Below are positions 40,020 to 49,292 of a stretch of DNA of 64,000 nucleotides, piece by piece (position 1 is the stretch's first letter; each line of letters begins with the position of its first letter). This DNA is from an uncultured Anaerolineaceae bacterium (lineage in GTDB: Bacteria; Chloroflexota; Limnocylindria; Limnocylindrales; CSP1-4). The notes beneath the pieces are model-generated. The model was not told where the DNA came from and made no database searches. It was given only the letters and a program-made list of their open reading frames with translations. The translations under genes were made by a program, and so were the position numbers. Location of the stretch: assembly GCA_964610835.1 (NCBI GenBank), contig CAZSWK010000002.1:1972-65971 (forward strand), written 5' to 3'.

Positions 40020-41912
40020 TCAGCCGACCCCGCCGGTTACGGCTACTGCCGGTGGCTTGAGCGCTGGGCGTTGAGCGAGTTGCCGCGCGGCGCCGGCGAT
40101 GCCGTCGGCGTCGAGGCCCTGTTCGGCGAGCTGCTGCTCAGGTGTGGCGGAACCGGCCATCCTGCTGACGGCCAGTTGTCTGCCGGCGACTGCTACGCCT
40201 GCCTCTGCGAGCGCGGCGAAAACGGCCTCGCCCAGGCCGCCCTCCGGCCAATGGTCCTCGACGGTCAGCACGCGCCCGGTCGCGCGCGCGGCAGCGACTA
40301 GTGTGTCGCTGTCGAGTGGCTTGACCGAGTACAGGTCGATCACGCGCGCGGCCGTCCCCTCCTGGGCGAGCAGATCGGCCGCGGCCAGCGCCTCGCCGAC
40401 ACTTATCCCCGCGGCGACGATGGTCAGCGCGTCGTCCGCCGACTCGCGCAGGACGCGGCTACCGCCGATGGCGAATGTCTCGTCGGGTCCGTAGATGACT
40501 GGCATTGCCTGGCGCGTCGTGCGCATGTACGAAATGCCGGGCTGGCTGGCCATCAACTCGACGAGGTGGGCCGTCTGATTAGCGTCGCACGGGTAGAGCA
40601 CGGTGCTGCCGTGCACGGCGCGCATCGCGGCGATGTCCTCGAGGCCCATCTGCGATGGCCCGTCCTCGCCGATCGAAACGCCCGCGTGTGAGCCGCACAG
40701 GCACAGGTCCGCGCGGCTGACGGCGGCCATGCGCACGAAATCGTAGGCGCGGCTCAGGAACGCCGAAAACGTGGCCGCAAACGGCCGCCAGCCGCGCACC
40801 TGCAGGCCGACTGCCGCGCCGATCATCTGCTGCTCGGCGATGTACATCTGGAAGAAGCGCTCCGGATGAGCCTTGGCAAAGATCTCGGTGTAGGTGGAGT
40901 TGCCTACCTCTCCGTCCAGCGCGACGACCTCCGGACGGGCGGTGCCGACCGCCGCCAGCGCCTCGCCGTACGCCTTGCGCGTGGCCACCTTCTGGCCCAG
41001 CTCGTAGCGCGGCAGGTCCAGCTTGCCGGCCGTGAAGTGGTGGGGTTCACCCCGGCTCTCCGGCGGCTGCGGCCGGACGATGAGGTTGCTCAGGCCGCCC
41101 AGTTCGCGAATCGCGTCTTCGGGATCCTCGACCGGCTTGCCGTGAAAACCGTTGCGGTTCTCTTCCCAGGGCACACCCTTGCCCTTGACGGTGCGCGCCA
41201 CGATGACCGTCGGCTTGCTGGTGGTGGCGAGCGCCTCGCCATAGGCTCGGTCGACCGCGTCGACATCGTGGCCGTCGATCTCGATCGCGTGCCAGCCAAA
41301 GGCGCGCAGGCGGTTTGCGTAGACGTCGAGATCCCACTCGTAACGTGTCTCCCCGGTCTGGCCGAGGCGGTTCACGTCGATGATCGCCGTCAGGTTGTCG
41401 AGGTTGTCATAGGCGGCTTGCGCAAAGGCCTCCCACATCGAGCCCTCGGCCATTTCGCTGTCGCCACACAGCACCCACGTGCGATACGGCAGCCGGTCCA
41501 GGCGCTTCGCAGCGAGCGCGACCCCAACGCCGATCGGCAAGCCCTGCCCGAGCGAACCGGTGGCCACGTCGACCCACGGCAGAACCGGCGTGGGGTGCCC
41601 TTCCAGGCGGCTGCCGAGCGTGCGGTAGGTCATGAACTCCTGCTCATCGACCGCGCCGATCGCGCGCAGGATGGCATAGAAGAGCGGTGACGCGTGGCCC
41701 TTCGAGAAGATCAGGTGGTCGTTGTTCGGGTCGTGCGGCTCGTCGACGCGATAGTGGAAGTACTTGGCGACGAGTACGGACATCAACTCCGCCGCCGACA
41801 GTGACGAGGTTGGATGGCCGGAGCCGGCATGGCTCGATACGCGTATGGAGTCGACCCTGAACTGCTGGGCCAGGTCACGCCAGGTTTGGCGGTCGTCGAG
41901 GACGTCAGTCAT
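40020..41912 (-). CDS. tkt: transketolase
   Basis: 630 aa with the ThDP-binding GDSEM..EG motif (CGDSEMAEGSMWEA) and SHAGSGHP. Confidence 0.9.
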   Translation of the reverse strand: MTDVLDDRQTWRDLAQQFRVDSIRVSSHAGSGHPTSSLSAAELMSVLVAKYFHYRVDEPHDPNNDHLIFSKGHASPLFYAILRAIGAVDEQEFMTYRTLGSRLEGHPTPVLPWVDVATGSLGQGLPIGVGVALAAKRLDRLPYRTWVLCGDSEMAEGSMWEAFAQAAYDNLDNLTAIIDVNRLGQTGETRYEWDLDVYANRLRAFGWHAIEIDGHDVDAVDRAYGEALATTSKPTVIVARTVKGKGVPWEENRNGFHGKPVEDPEDAIRELGGLSNLIVRPQPPESRGEPHHFTAGKLDLPRYELGQKVATRKAYGEALAAVGTARPEVVALDGEVGNSTYTEIFAKAHPERFFQMYIAEQQMIGAAVGLQVRGWRPFAATFSAFLSRAYDFVRMAAVSRADLCLCGSHAGVSIGEDGPSQMGLEDIAAMRAVHGSTVLYPCDANQTAHLVELMASQPGISYMRTTRQAMPVIYGPDETFAIGGSRVLRESADDALTIVAAGISVGEALAAADLLAQEGTAARVIDLYSVKPLDSDTLVAAARATGRVLTVEDHWPEGGLGEAVFAALAEAGVAVAGRQLAVSRMAGSATPEQQLAEQGLDADGIAGAARQLAQRPALKPPAVAVTGGVG

Positions 41913-42054
41913 GTTGCACCCATGATCGGCGCTGGGCCCCGATGGGCCATGCTACAGCGCTGCCCGTTGCTTGCGCGTTTCTCAGTTTTATACCCCCCAA
42001 GCCTAGCCGCTTTGCCGGCAACCTCGCCTTGCGCCGACATATCATTGGCCGCCC

Positions 42055-43008
42055 GTGAACCGTCGTCCGCGACTCGCCTGCCTTGGTGACCTGATGCTCG
42101 ACGTTGTCGTCCAGGCCGAGAGTGCCCCACAGCCGGGCACCGACGTGGGCGGCTCGATCAGGTTCCGCGCGGGCGGTTCCGCGGCCAACACGGCGCGCGC
42201 CTTTGCCGCCCTCGGCGGGCGCGCATCGCTCATCTGCGTGGCCGGCCAGGACTCCCTGGCGGGCCGGCTGCTGGCGTCGGTTCGGGCGGCCGGTGTCGTC
42301 GTCCACGCCGTGCGCGCCAAGGGACGCACGCCGCGCCTGCTGGCACTGGTTGACGAGCAGGGCGAGCGCTCGTTCGTCACTGATCGATCGGTCGCCGATC
42401 AGCTGCCGCCCGATCGGCTAAAGATGGCGTGGCTGGCGCGCGTCGATGGCCTGCACATCCCGGCTTATTCGTTGCTCAACGGCTCGCTGCCGCAGGCCGC
42501 CCGCGCCGCGGCACGCGCCGTCCACGCCGCAGGCGGGACGGTGTCGGTCGACCTGGCCTCGCAGCGGCCCTTGCTGGCTCGTGGCCGAGGCGCGGCGCTC
42601 GACGCGATTCGTGCCGTGGAGCCCGATCTCGTGCTGGCCAACACGAGCGAGGCGGCCGCGCTGACGGGACTGCGACCCGTGCGCGGCTCGATGGCGCTCG
42701 ACGAGCGGATGCTCGAGGCGGCGCCGCTGGCGATCATCAAGCAGGGTCTGGCCGGCTGCCGCATCGTGTGGCGGGCGCACACGGGCGAGTCGGCACTCGC
42801 CATCGACGTCGCGACAAGGCCGATTGCGGCAGTCGACACGACGGGCGCCGGCGATGCCTTCGACGCCGGCTTCATGTACTCGTTGCTCGCCAGCGGCCAC
42901 CGGCACGGATCTCCACTCGATGGGGCGACGCTGCGCCGCGCCGCACTGATCGGCCATCGCGCGGCTGCGCGTGTGCTCACGCGCCCGCGCGCCGAGCTCG
43001 TCCTGTGA
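42055..43008 (+). CDS. psuK: PfkB-family carbohydrate kinase, probable pseudouridine kinase
   Basis: PfkB motifs (GGSAANTA; DTTGAGDAF) are present. The assignment rests on the overlap with the psuG start. Confidence 0.65.
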   Translation: MNRRPRLACLGDLMLDVVVQAESAPQPGTDVGGSIRFRAGGSAANTARAFAALGGRASLICVAGQDSLAGRLLASVRAAGVVVHAVRAKGRTPRLLALVDEQGERSFVTDRSVADQLPPDRLKMAWLARVDGLHIPAYSLLNGSLPQAARAAARAVHAAGGTVSVDLASQRPLLARGRGAALDAIRAVEPDLVLANTSEAAALTGLRPVRGSMALDERMLEAAPLAIIKQGLAGCRIVWRAHTGESALAIDVATRPIAAVDTTGAGDAFDAGFMYSLLASGHRHGSPLDGATLRRAALIGHRAAARVLTRPRAELVL

Positions 43009-43946
43009 CCCCGACGGTCAAGCCGCCGCTGGCTGTCGCGCCCGGCGTCCGCGCGGCGCTGACGGCTGGGCGGCCCGTCGTAGCCCTCGAATCGACGCTC
43101 GTCACTCATGGATTCGCCGCTCCCCAGAACCTCGAAGCCGCTCAGCGCGCGGAGGCCGCCGTGCGCGCCAACGGCGCCGAGCCGGCCACCGTCGCGGTTC
43201 ACGGCGGGCGGCTGCTCGTCGGATTGTCCGCGGAGCAGCTCGCGGCGCTCGCGGCCGAGCCCCACGCGGCCAAGGCCTCCCGGGCGACACTTGCGCTGGC
43301 TCTGGCGGAGGGCGGTTGGGCGGGCACGACCGTCTCGGCAACCATGATCGCGGCCAGCCACGCGGGTATTCGCGTGTTCGCGACCGGTGGTATTGGTGGC
43401 GTCCACCGCGGAGGCGCCACATCATTCGACATCTCCGCGGATCTCGAGGAGTTGGCGCGCACCGCGGTGCTCGTCGTGTGCGCCGGCCCCAAGTCGGTCC
43501 TCGACATCGACCTGACGCTCGAGTATCTCGAGACACGGGGCGTGCCGGTCCTCGGCTGGCGAACGAAGCAGTTGGCCGGCTTCTATGCCGTTGAGAGCGG
43601 TCGGGCGCTGGTCGGATCGGTCGCTGACCCGGCGCACGCCGCCGCCATTGCGGCGGCGCACTGGTCACTGGGCCTGGAGAGCGGCCTGGTGATCGCCGCT
43701 CCGGTCCCGGCCGATGCCGCACTATCGCGCGCGGAGTCTGAGCGTGCCGTCGCCACGGCCGTTGCCGATGCCACGACCGCGGGTGTCCACGGGCCGGGCG
43801 CGACGCCATTCATCCTGGCGCGCGTCGCCGAACTGACGCAAGGTCGCTCGGTCAGGGCGAACCTCGCGCTGATCGAAAACAACGCGGCCATCGCCGCGCT
43901 GATCGCCGTGGAGCTGGCACGCCCTCAAAGATCGCGGAAGCGTTAA
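43005..43946 (+). CDS. psuG: pseudouridine-5'-phosphate glycosidase
   Basis: GTG start overlaps the psuK stop (GTGA). LESTLVTHG, ATGGIGGVHRG and VVCAGPKSVLDI are the PsuG/IndA pattern. This is the tail of track ORF 42429..43946. Confidence 0.8.
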   Translation: MTPTVKPPLAVAPGVRAALTAGRPVVALESTLVTHGFAAPQNLEAAQRAEAAVRANGAEPATVAVHGGRLLVGLSAEQLAALAAEPHAAKASRATLALALAEGGWAGTTVSATMIAASHAGIRVFATGGIGGVHRGGATSFDISADLEELARTAVLVVCAGPKSVLDIDLTLEYLETRGVPVLGWRTKQLAGFYAVESGRALVGSVADPAHAAAIAAAHWSLGLESGLVIAAPVPADAALSRAESERAVATAVADATTAGVHGPGATPFILARVAELTQGRSVRANLALIENNAAIAALIAVELARPQRSRKR

Positions 43947-44057
43947 CGAAACGTTGCCTGCGCACCCGGCACGTTTGGCTATCTTTATTCGTCAAGAGAC
44001 CGTTGCCAGGTGCCCGCCGTGGCCAGGGGAGGCGCATTGCGCGAAAATCGGGGTCGC

Positions 44058-45614
44058 ATGATGGCCAGCTATGCCCGGCGTCCGCGTGTTCGTTCGGGAG
44101 CGATAGCTGCTGCACTCAGCTTCGTTTTTCCGGGCCTGGGTCAGGCATATCTTCGGCACCGCCGCGCCGCCCTGATCTTCGGCGGCCCGGTGCTGCTGCT
44201 CTTCCTTGGCCTGGCTCTCTGGATCGCAGGGGCCGGCCTGACGCGCGTCGGCCTGAAGTTCCTCGATCCAACCATCGCTCTGTTCGGCGCGCTCGCCGTG
44301 CTGGTCGTGGGTCTGTGGTGGATCGGCGCCATCGTCAACGCCTGGCGCGCCGGCCGCCGCGGGCCGGGTACGGCGTTCGCGGTGCCATTGCTGCTCATCT
44401 GCGTGGTCGGCGCCGCGACGTTGTACGGGACCGACTGGATGTATCGATTGTCGGTTGCCGACCGCGGTTTCAATGACAGCCCGGACGTGACTCTCGGCGA
44501 TAACTCGTCGCCCAGCCCGTTCAGCAGCGTGATCGCGCAGGTGCCGACGCCCAGCGGCAGCCACCTGGCGACAGCGACTCCAACGGCAAGCCCATCGGGC
44601 TACAACGACTACGGCGTAGATCCGACCGAGCCTCCGGCAACGATCCAGCCCGGACCTTCGCCCACCTTCGACATCACCAGGATCGATGCCCAGAACGACG
44701 GCTGGCTGAACGTCCTACTGATGGGCATCGACACGCGCTGCGCGGGCGGCCCGGTGACCGGCGCCAACAGCGACAGCATGATCGTGGTGAGCGCGAACGC
44801 GGCCACGGGTGACGTCTACATGTTCAGCTTCCCGCGCGACATCGCGAAATTCCCCCTCTACGTCGGTGGGACCATGCCCGGCTACTGGAAGCTCAACTCG
44901 TTTGCCGGCTGGACAAAGAGTGCGCCAAGTTACTTTCCCGAGCCCGGTCAGCCGTCGTTGGCCTACGAGATCGGCTACCTCCTGGGCATCCCCATCGACT
45001 ACTACGCGTCGATCAACATCTGTGGCTTTCCGCAGCTCATCGACGCGTTGGGCGGCGTCGATGTGTGCAACGCACACACCATCGACGATCCCGGCTACCC
45101 GTGGGGCAACGGTCAGTATGGCTTCCACCTCGATCCCGGGCCGTACCACTTCGACGGCGCGACCGCGCTCGCCTACGCTCGCTCGCGCCACGGCAGCAGC
45201 GACTTCGCCCGCGCCAAACGGCAGCAGCAGCTACTGACGGCCATTCGCAAGGCCGTCATGGAGCCGCAGAACCTGGCACGTTTGCCCGACATCGTGGCGG
45301 CGCTCAGCGGCGTGGTGCACACCAACTTCCCGCCCGACCAGATCGATCAGCTGTTGTCGCTCGCCAATCAGCTGGAGTCCGCTCCCACGGCTGAGTACGT
45401 GTTCAGCTCCCCCGAGTGGGCTCAGCACCTGCCGCGCGGGCTGACCAACGGTCGTTCGGTGGAGTTCCTGCGCCTCGACAAGGTTGCCGCTCTTTCAGAG
45501 CAGGTCTTCGGCGACAAGAGCCTGTACACGACCGGTGGCGCAGTACCTTCGACTAACCCATTCGATCTCCCGACGCCTTCACCAACACCGTCAGATAACG
45601 CTAACGTTTGCTAG
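44058..45614 (+). CDS. LytR-CpsA-Psr (LCP) family cell-envelope phosphotransferase
   Basis: N-terminal TM helices, a Pro/Thr-rich linker, then the LCP core (VLLMGIDTR...SDSMIVVS...FPRD...R). The start is moved to MMASYARRP. Confidence 0.8.
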   Translation: MMASYARRPRVRSGAIAAALSFVFPGLGQAYLRHRRAALIFGGPVLLLFLGLALWIAGAGLTRVGLKFLDPTIALFGALAVLVVGLWWIGAIVNAWRAGRRGPGTAFAVPLLLICVVGAATLYGTDWMYRLSVADRGFNDSPDVTLGDNSSPSPFSSVIAQVPTPSGSHLATATPTASPSGYNDYGVDPTEPPATIQPGPSPTFDITRIDAQNDGWLNVLLMGIDTRCAGGPVTGANSDSMIVVSANAATGDVYMFSFPRDIAKFPLYVGGTMPGYWKLNSFAGWTKSAPSYFPEPGQPSLAYEIGYLLGIPIDYYASINICGFPQLIDALGGVDVCNAHTIDDPGYPWGNGQYGFHLDPGPYHFDGATALAYARSRHGSSDFARAKRQQQLLTAIRKAVMEPQNLARLPDIVAALSGVVHTNFPPDQIDQLLSLANQLESAPTAEYVFSSPEWAQHLPRGLTNGRSVEFLRLDKVAALSEQVFGDKSLYTTGGAVPSTNPFDLPTPSPTPSDNANVC

Positions 45615-46148
45615 GTGCGTATATACGAGGGAACTCCGCGTCAGAACTACGAGGAAGTGCTGCGCTCGATGGGCGCCATCCTCGACCAGCGCGGCATGCG
45701 CGAAGTGAGCATGGCTGAGACCGACGACGGTTTCGTGGTCCAGGGTCTGGTGCTCGTTGCCGGCGAGGACAAGGCTTGGAGCGATCCGGCTGCACGGCTG
45801 GCAAAGGAGACCTTTTACCTGCGCGAGGACGACGTCTCCCGTTTCATGGACGAAGCGTTTGCGCGGCGGGGCGACAAGTCGGGCGCCGCTGCCGCGGGAG
45901 GGGTGCAGGGCGGCTTCTACGAGACGGCTCTGCGCGTACTGGGAGGCTATTTCGACCAGCAGCAGCCGCGCGACGTCTTCTTCTTTGAGCAGGACCATCA
46001 GTTCGTGATCCGGTTGCTGATGCCCACTCGCATCGGGTTGCGCCACGTGCTCGTCGAGTTCACCCGTGACGACATCGAGGCGATGATCGCCAGCGCCGGG
46101 CACGGACGGATCAAGCCGCCGGGGGCAGGATCCCAGGCGCCTGGCTGA
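45615..46148 (+). CDS. hypothetical protein with internal tandem duplication, translationally coupled to LCP gene
   Basis: GTG start overlaps the LCP stop (TAGGTG). The two halves resemble each other (FYLREDDVSRFMDEAFARRG compared with VEFTRDDIEAMIASAGHGRI). Confidence 0.45.
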   Translation: MRIYEGTPRQNYEEVLRSMGAILDQRGMREVSMAETDDGFVVQGLVLVAGEDKAWSDPAARLAKETFYLREDDVSRFMDEAFARRGDKSGAAAAGGVQGGFYETALRVLGGYFDQQQPRDVFFFEQDHQFVIRLLMPTRIGLRHVLVEFTRDDIEAMIASAGHGRIKPPGAGSQAPG

Positions 46149-46213
46149 CGCGCTATGCGCGGTGGCTTAGCATTGATCGTGTCTTCGGAAATGAGTTGCG
46201 ATTGGAGGTCCGC

Positions 46214-46393
46214 GTGAAGAGGCTGATCAAGCTGATCGTCGTTCTCTTCGTGCTTCTGCTCGCGGCCGCCGTCGTCGTTCCGCTGGTCGTGCTTGCCGGC
46301 CTCTTCATCTGGCTCAAGCTGACCGAGGAAGCCGACGACGAGGCACTCGAGCTTGAGCAGGAGATGGAGGGCGACGATCAGTCGAGCGACTGA
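46214..46393 (+). CDS. small single-pass membrane protein with acidic tail (micro-ORF)
   Basis: GGAGG RBS 5 nt before the GTG. One hydrophobic helix is followed by an EEADDEALELEQEMEGDDQSSD tail. Confidence 0.35.
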   Translation: MKRLIKLIVVLFVLLLAAAVVVPLVVLAGLFIWLKLTEEADDEALELEQEMEGDDQSSD

Positions 46394-46440
46394 ATAGCGA
46401 CGCGAGCCGGGGCCCGGCGCACCCCGGCGCCCCGGTCAGT

Positions 46441-47208
46441 TTTCTCGTCGATTACGACGGCACGGTTTCACTGCTCGACATCGGCGATGAGCTCCTGGCA
46501 CGGCACTTTGCCGACCGTGTCGAGGCAGCCCGGCTGGACGCGCTCTATGACGCCGGCGAGATCGGCTCGCGCGAGCTCATGCGCTGGGACATGGACGTGC
46601 TGCCGCGGGATCCCGCGCTGCTGCGTCGCGAAGCCGCGGCCATGCCCCAGGACGCAGCATTCCCGGCATTTGTGCGCGCAGCCCATGGGCACGGCGCACG
46701 GGTCGAGGTGGTCAGCGACGGGCTCGGCTTCTACGTGCGCTCAAACCTCGCCGCGCTCGGAGTACGCGACGTGTTCGTGGCCACCAACGACAACACGGTC
46801 AGCGATGGCGGTGCGGGGATGAGCTTCCCCTTCAGTCATCCAAGCTGCTTCGTGTGTGGTACCTGCAAGCGAGAGCGCGTCAGGCTGCACCAGGCGGCGG
46901 GGCGAGTGGTCGTGTTCATCGGTGACGGCACCAGCGACCGTTTCGGCGCGGCTCACGCCGACATCGTCTTCGCCAAGGATGGGCTGGCCCGCATGTGTCG
47001 GGCAGAGGGCTGGCCGTTCGAGCCGTGGTCTGACTTCGGCGAGCTGACGCGCTGGATCGAGGATGCCTTCGCCAACGGTCGGCTGCCGCGTTCGGAGGCG
47101 GACCTTGACCCCTGGCGCGCCCAACATGGCCGGGCGCCGCAGGCTTTCATATGCGGCCCGGAGGTCTGGGGGCCGGGTCGTTCGACCCCGGGACCGGGAC
47201 CGGGCTAG
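46441..47208 (+). CDS. HAD-superfamily phosphatase (MtnX/PSP-like) with no canonical start codon upstream of motif I
   Basis: HAD motif I (FLVDYDGT) is encoded at 46441-46464, but the first in-frame ATG/GTG/TTG is at 46579. The frame is open back to the stop at 46354-46356 with only CTG available. This may be a frameshifted or pseudogenised gene, or one using a non-canonical start. Confidence 0.55.
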   Translation, partial: FLVDYDGTVSLLDIGDELLARHFADRVEAARLDALYDAGEIGSRELMRWDMDVLPRDPALLRREAAAMPQDAAFPAFVRAAHGHGARVEVVSDGLGFYVRSNLAALGVRDVFVATNDNTVSDGGAGMSFPFSHPSCFVCGTCKRERVRLHQAAGRVVVFIGDGTSDRFGAAHADIVFAKDGLARMCRAEGWPFEPWSDFGELTRWIEDAFANGRLPRSEADLDPWRAQHGRAPQAFICGPEVWGPGRSTPGPGPG

Positions 47209-47252
47209 CGCCGCCGGATGCCGATCCTGATGGTCGCTATGATCGGCGCGTC

Positions 47253-47834
47253 GTGCGTTTCTCCTTCCTGGTCAGTTCACTGATGGCCGTGGCCCTGGCG
47301 GGCACTGTGCTCGCCGGCGCCATCTTGATCGGCCTGGTGCCTACGGGCCCGGGCACGGGACCCACTGCCACGCCCGCGCCTGCCTCCGCGTCCGCGTCGC
47401 AACAGGTCTCGCAGCCGACGCCGACTGAGGCGATCACTGCCGCTCCATCGCCCACTCCTTCGGCCACCCCGGTGCTGCCCTCGGCGGGCGGCACCTATGT
47501 CGTCCAGGAGGGGGACACGTTGACCGGCATCGCGGATCAGGTCGGTGTGCCATGGCAGCTCATCGCCCAGGCGAATGACATCCAGGGGCCCGACTACATA
47601 ATCCAGGTCGGCGACATACTCACCATACCGGCGGCGCCCAGTAGCTCACCCAATCCCAACGCCTATGTCGTGAAGCCGGGCGACACCATCACTGCGATCG
47701 CCCAGCAGTTCGGTGTCGATCCGAGCGATCTGGCCGATTACAACAACGTCGGAAACTGGAATGACATCAAGGTCGGCCAGACGCTCTACATCCCGGGACC
47801 CGGCTGGACACCACTGCCAACCGCGAGCCCCTAG
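47253..47834 (+). CDS. membrane-anchored LysM-domain protein (two LysM repeats)
   Basis: TM helix, then a Pro/Thr/Ala linker, then two LysM units (YVVQEGDTLTGIADQVGV...; YVVKPGDTITAIAQQFGV...). Start choice is uncertain (GTG 47253, ATG 47283 or ATG 47151). Confidence 0.7.
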   Translation: MRFSFLVSSLMAVALAGTVLAGAILIGLVPTGPGTGPTATPAPASASASQQVSQPTPTEAITAAPSPTPSATPVLPSAGGTYVVQEGDTLTGIADQVGVPWQLIAQANDIQGPDYIIQVGDILTIPAAPSSSPNPNAYVVKPGDTITAIAQQFGVDPSDLADYNNVGNWNDIKVGQTLYIPGPGWTPLPTASP

Positions 47835-48033
47835 CGGTCTGCGCGGCACGAGTGGTGCACGTGCACAACACAGAACTGGGAAACTAGTACTTAATGGTCA
47901 AGTAGTACTTTCGGTCACCCGCGCGAGGTGCTAGCGTTAGCGGACTCGGCGGCGCCTGCCGTCGATTAACCCGAAGATGAAGCTAATCGGTCAGAGCCGA
48001 CTGAGATCTCGGCAAGAGGAAGTGGGGCAAACT

Positions 48034-48537
48034 GTGAAGGTCGCAAAGGTATTTCTCGCTTCTGTCGTTGCCGGTCTGCTGGTGCTGGCCGGGAGCGCGC
48101 TGGCGGTCTCAGCCTACGAAGGACAGGTGCCGGCGCAGATCAAGCTGGTCGCGACGTGCACCGGCAACACGCTGGTGGCGACGGTCCTCGACTCGCAGGG
48201 CAACAAGATCAGCGGTGTCGACGTGACGTTCTCGTTCGTGCAGAAGGGTGACAGCGCAGACAGCCTTGCGCCTTCGTCTGACACGACCAACACGGACGGC
48301 AAGGCCAGCGTCGGGCTTTCCCTGGCGGACGTGGCGGGCACGCGTGTGCTCAAGGCTCAGACAACCGACGCAGGCGCCCAGAACACGCTCACCCTGAACT
48401 GCACCCACGGCCTGCCGCCCACCACCGCCGATGCGTCCACGGGCGGCTACGGCCTGCCGCTGGCGCTACTGCTCGGCATGGCGGTACTGGTTCTCGCCGG
48501 TACGTTCACCTGGCGGTTCGCCCGCGTTCGCGCCTAG
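48034..48537 (+). CDS. exported surface protein with C-terminal TGG / hydrophobic / Arg-rich sorting-signal-like tail
   Basis: GTG start has a GAGGAAG RBS. Signal peptide (VKVAKVFLASVVAGLLVLAGSALAVSA), Ig-like beta region and C-terminal ...LPPTTADASTGGYGLPLALLLGMAVLVLAGTFTWRFARVRA. The sortase gene follows immediately. Confidence 0.6.
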   Translation: MKVAKVFLASVVAGLLVLAGSALAVSAYEGQVPAQIKLVATCTGNTLVATVLDSQGNKISGVDVTFSFVQKGDSADSLAPSSDTTNTDGKASVGLSLADVAGTRVLKAQTTDAGAQNTLTLNCTHGLPPTTADASTGGYGLPLALLLGMAVLVLAGTFTWRFARVRA

Positions 48538-48554
48538 ACTTTCGTTCAGCGCAT

Positions 48555-48577
48555 CATCCCGGCGGAACGCCGGGATG
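48555..48577. terminator. GC hairpin (catcccggcg-gaa-cgccgggatg) after the surface-protein gene
   Basis: 10-bp perfect inverted repeat read from sequence. Confidence 0.5.
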
Positions 48578-48614
48578 ACCCGGCGTTCATAGCGCACTCG
48601 GAGTAGTTTTCATC

Positions 48615-49292
48615 GTGGCCAGAGTTGGCTTGCCGCGAAACTTCGTCGGCTTGGCTGTGCTGGCGCTTGCGATCTTGCTGGCGGTGGTCGGCGTCCCGCT
48701 GGTGGCCTCCAGCCTGTCACCATCGGCGCCGGCATCAACGGCCCCCGCGTCGGGCCTGCCCTTTGTCCCCGACAGCCCGGCGGCCCAGGGACCGACTGGC
48801 TCACCTGGCCAGTCCGCTACGAGCACCCCGGCACCGGGCACGAGCGTCCAGGGCCTGCCATCGACCGATGGTTCGACGCCAGCGCCCGTCAACGGCGAGT
48901 CGGGCATCGTCGCGACACGCGTGCAGGTGCCTCGCCTGGGCATTGACCTGCCGGTCGTGGAGGGGGACGGCGTCGATGCGCCTTTGCACATGGCGGCCCA
49001 CTATCCCGGCACCGCATGGCCGGGCGGCGGATCAAACATCTACCTCTACGCGCATGCCCGTCAGCAGATGTTCCAGAACCTGTGGAATGCGCAGTTAGGT
49101 GACCTCGTCTACCTCGATCTCGTGGATGGGAGCCAGCGCGTCTACCAGGTCACGAAGATCGAGCCGGACATCGCCTGGAACGACCTGAGCGTGCTCGACC
49201 CCACGCCCACTGAGCAGCTGACCCTGCAAACGTGCACGGGAACACAGGACACTGATCCGCGCTTCCTGGTCATAGCCACGCCCGTGTCGTGA
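48615..49292 (+). CDS. sortase (class E/F-like transpeptidase)
   Basis: N-terminal membrane anchor, His region (LYAHA) and catalytic TLxTC (LTLQTCTG). Confidence 0.8.
   Translation: MARVGLPRNFVGLAVLALAILLAVVGVPLVASSLSPSAPASTAPASGLPFVPDSPAAQGPTGSPGQSATSTPAPGTSVQGLPSTDGSTPAPVNGESGIVATRVQVPRLGIDLPVVEGDGVDAPLHMAAHYPGTAWPGGGSNIYLYAHARQQMFQNLWNAQLGDLVYLDLVDGSQRVYQVTKIEPDIAWNDLSVLDPTPTEQLTLQTCTGTQDTDPRFLVIATPVS

Noticed and set aside
42465-43809. Two long minus-strand ORFs (313 and 235 aa)
   Set aside because: Antisense to psuK/psuG, with Arg/Pro/Ala-rich junk translations.
46579-47208. HAD hydrolase as an intact gene starting at the first ATG (MRWDM)
   Set aside because: That start would remove the DxDGT nucleophile motif encoded at 46441-46464, so the canonical-start model cannot be a functional HAD enzyme.
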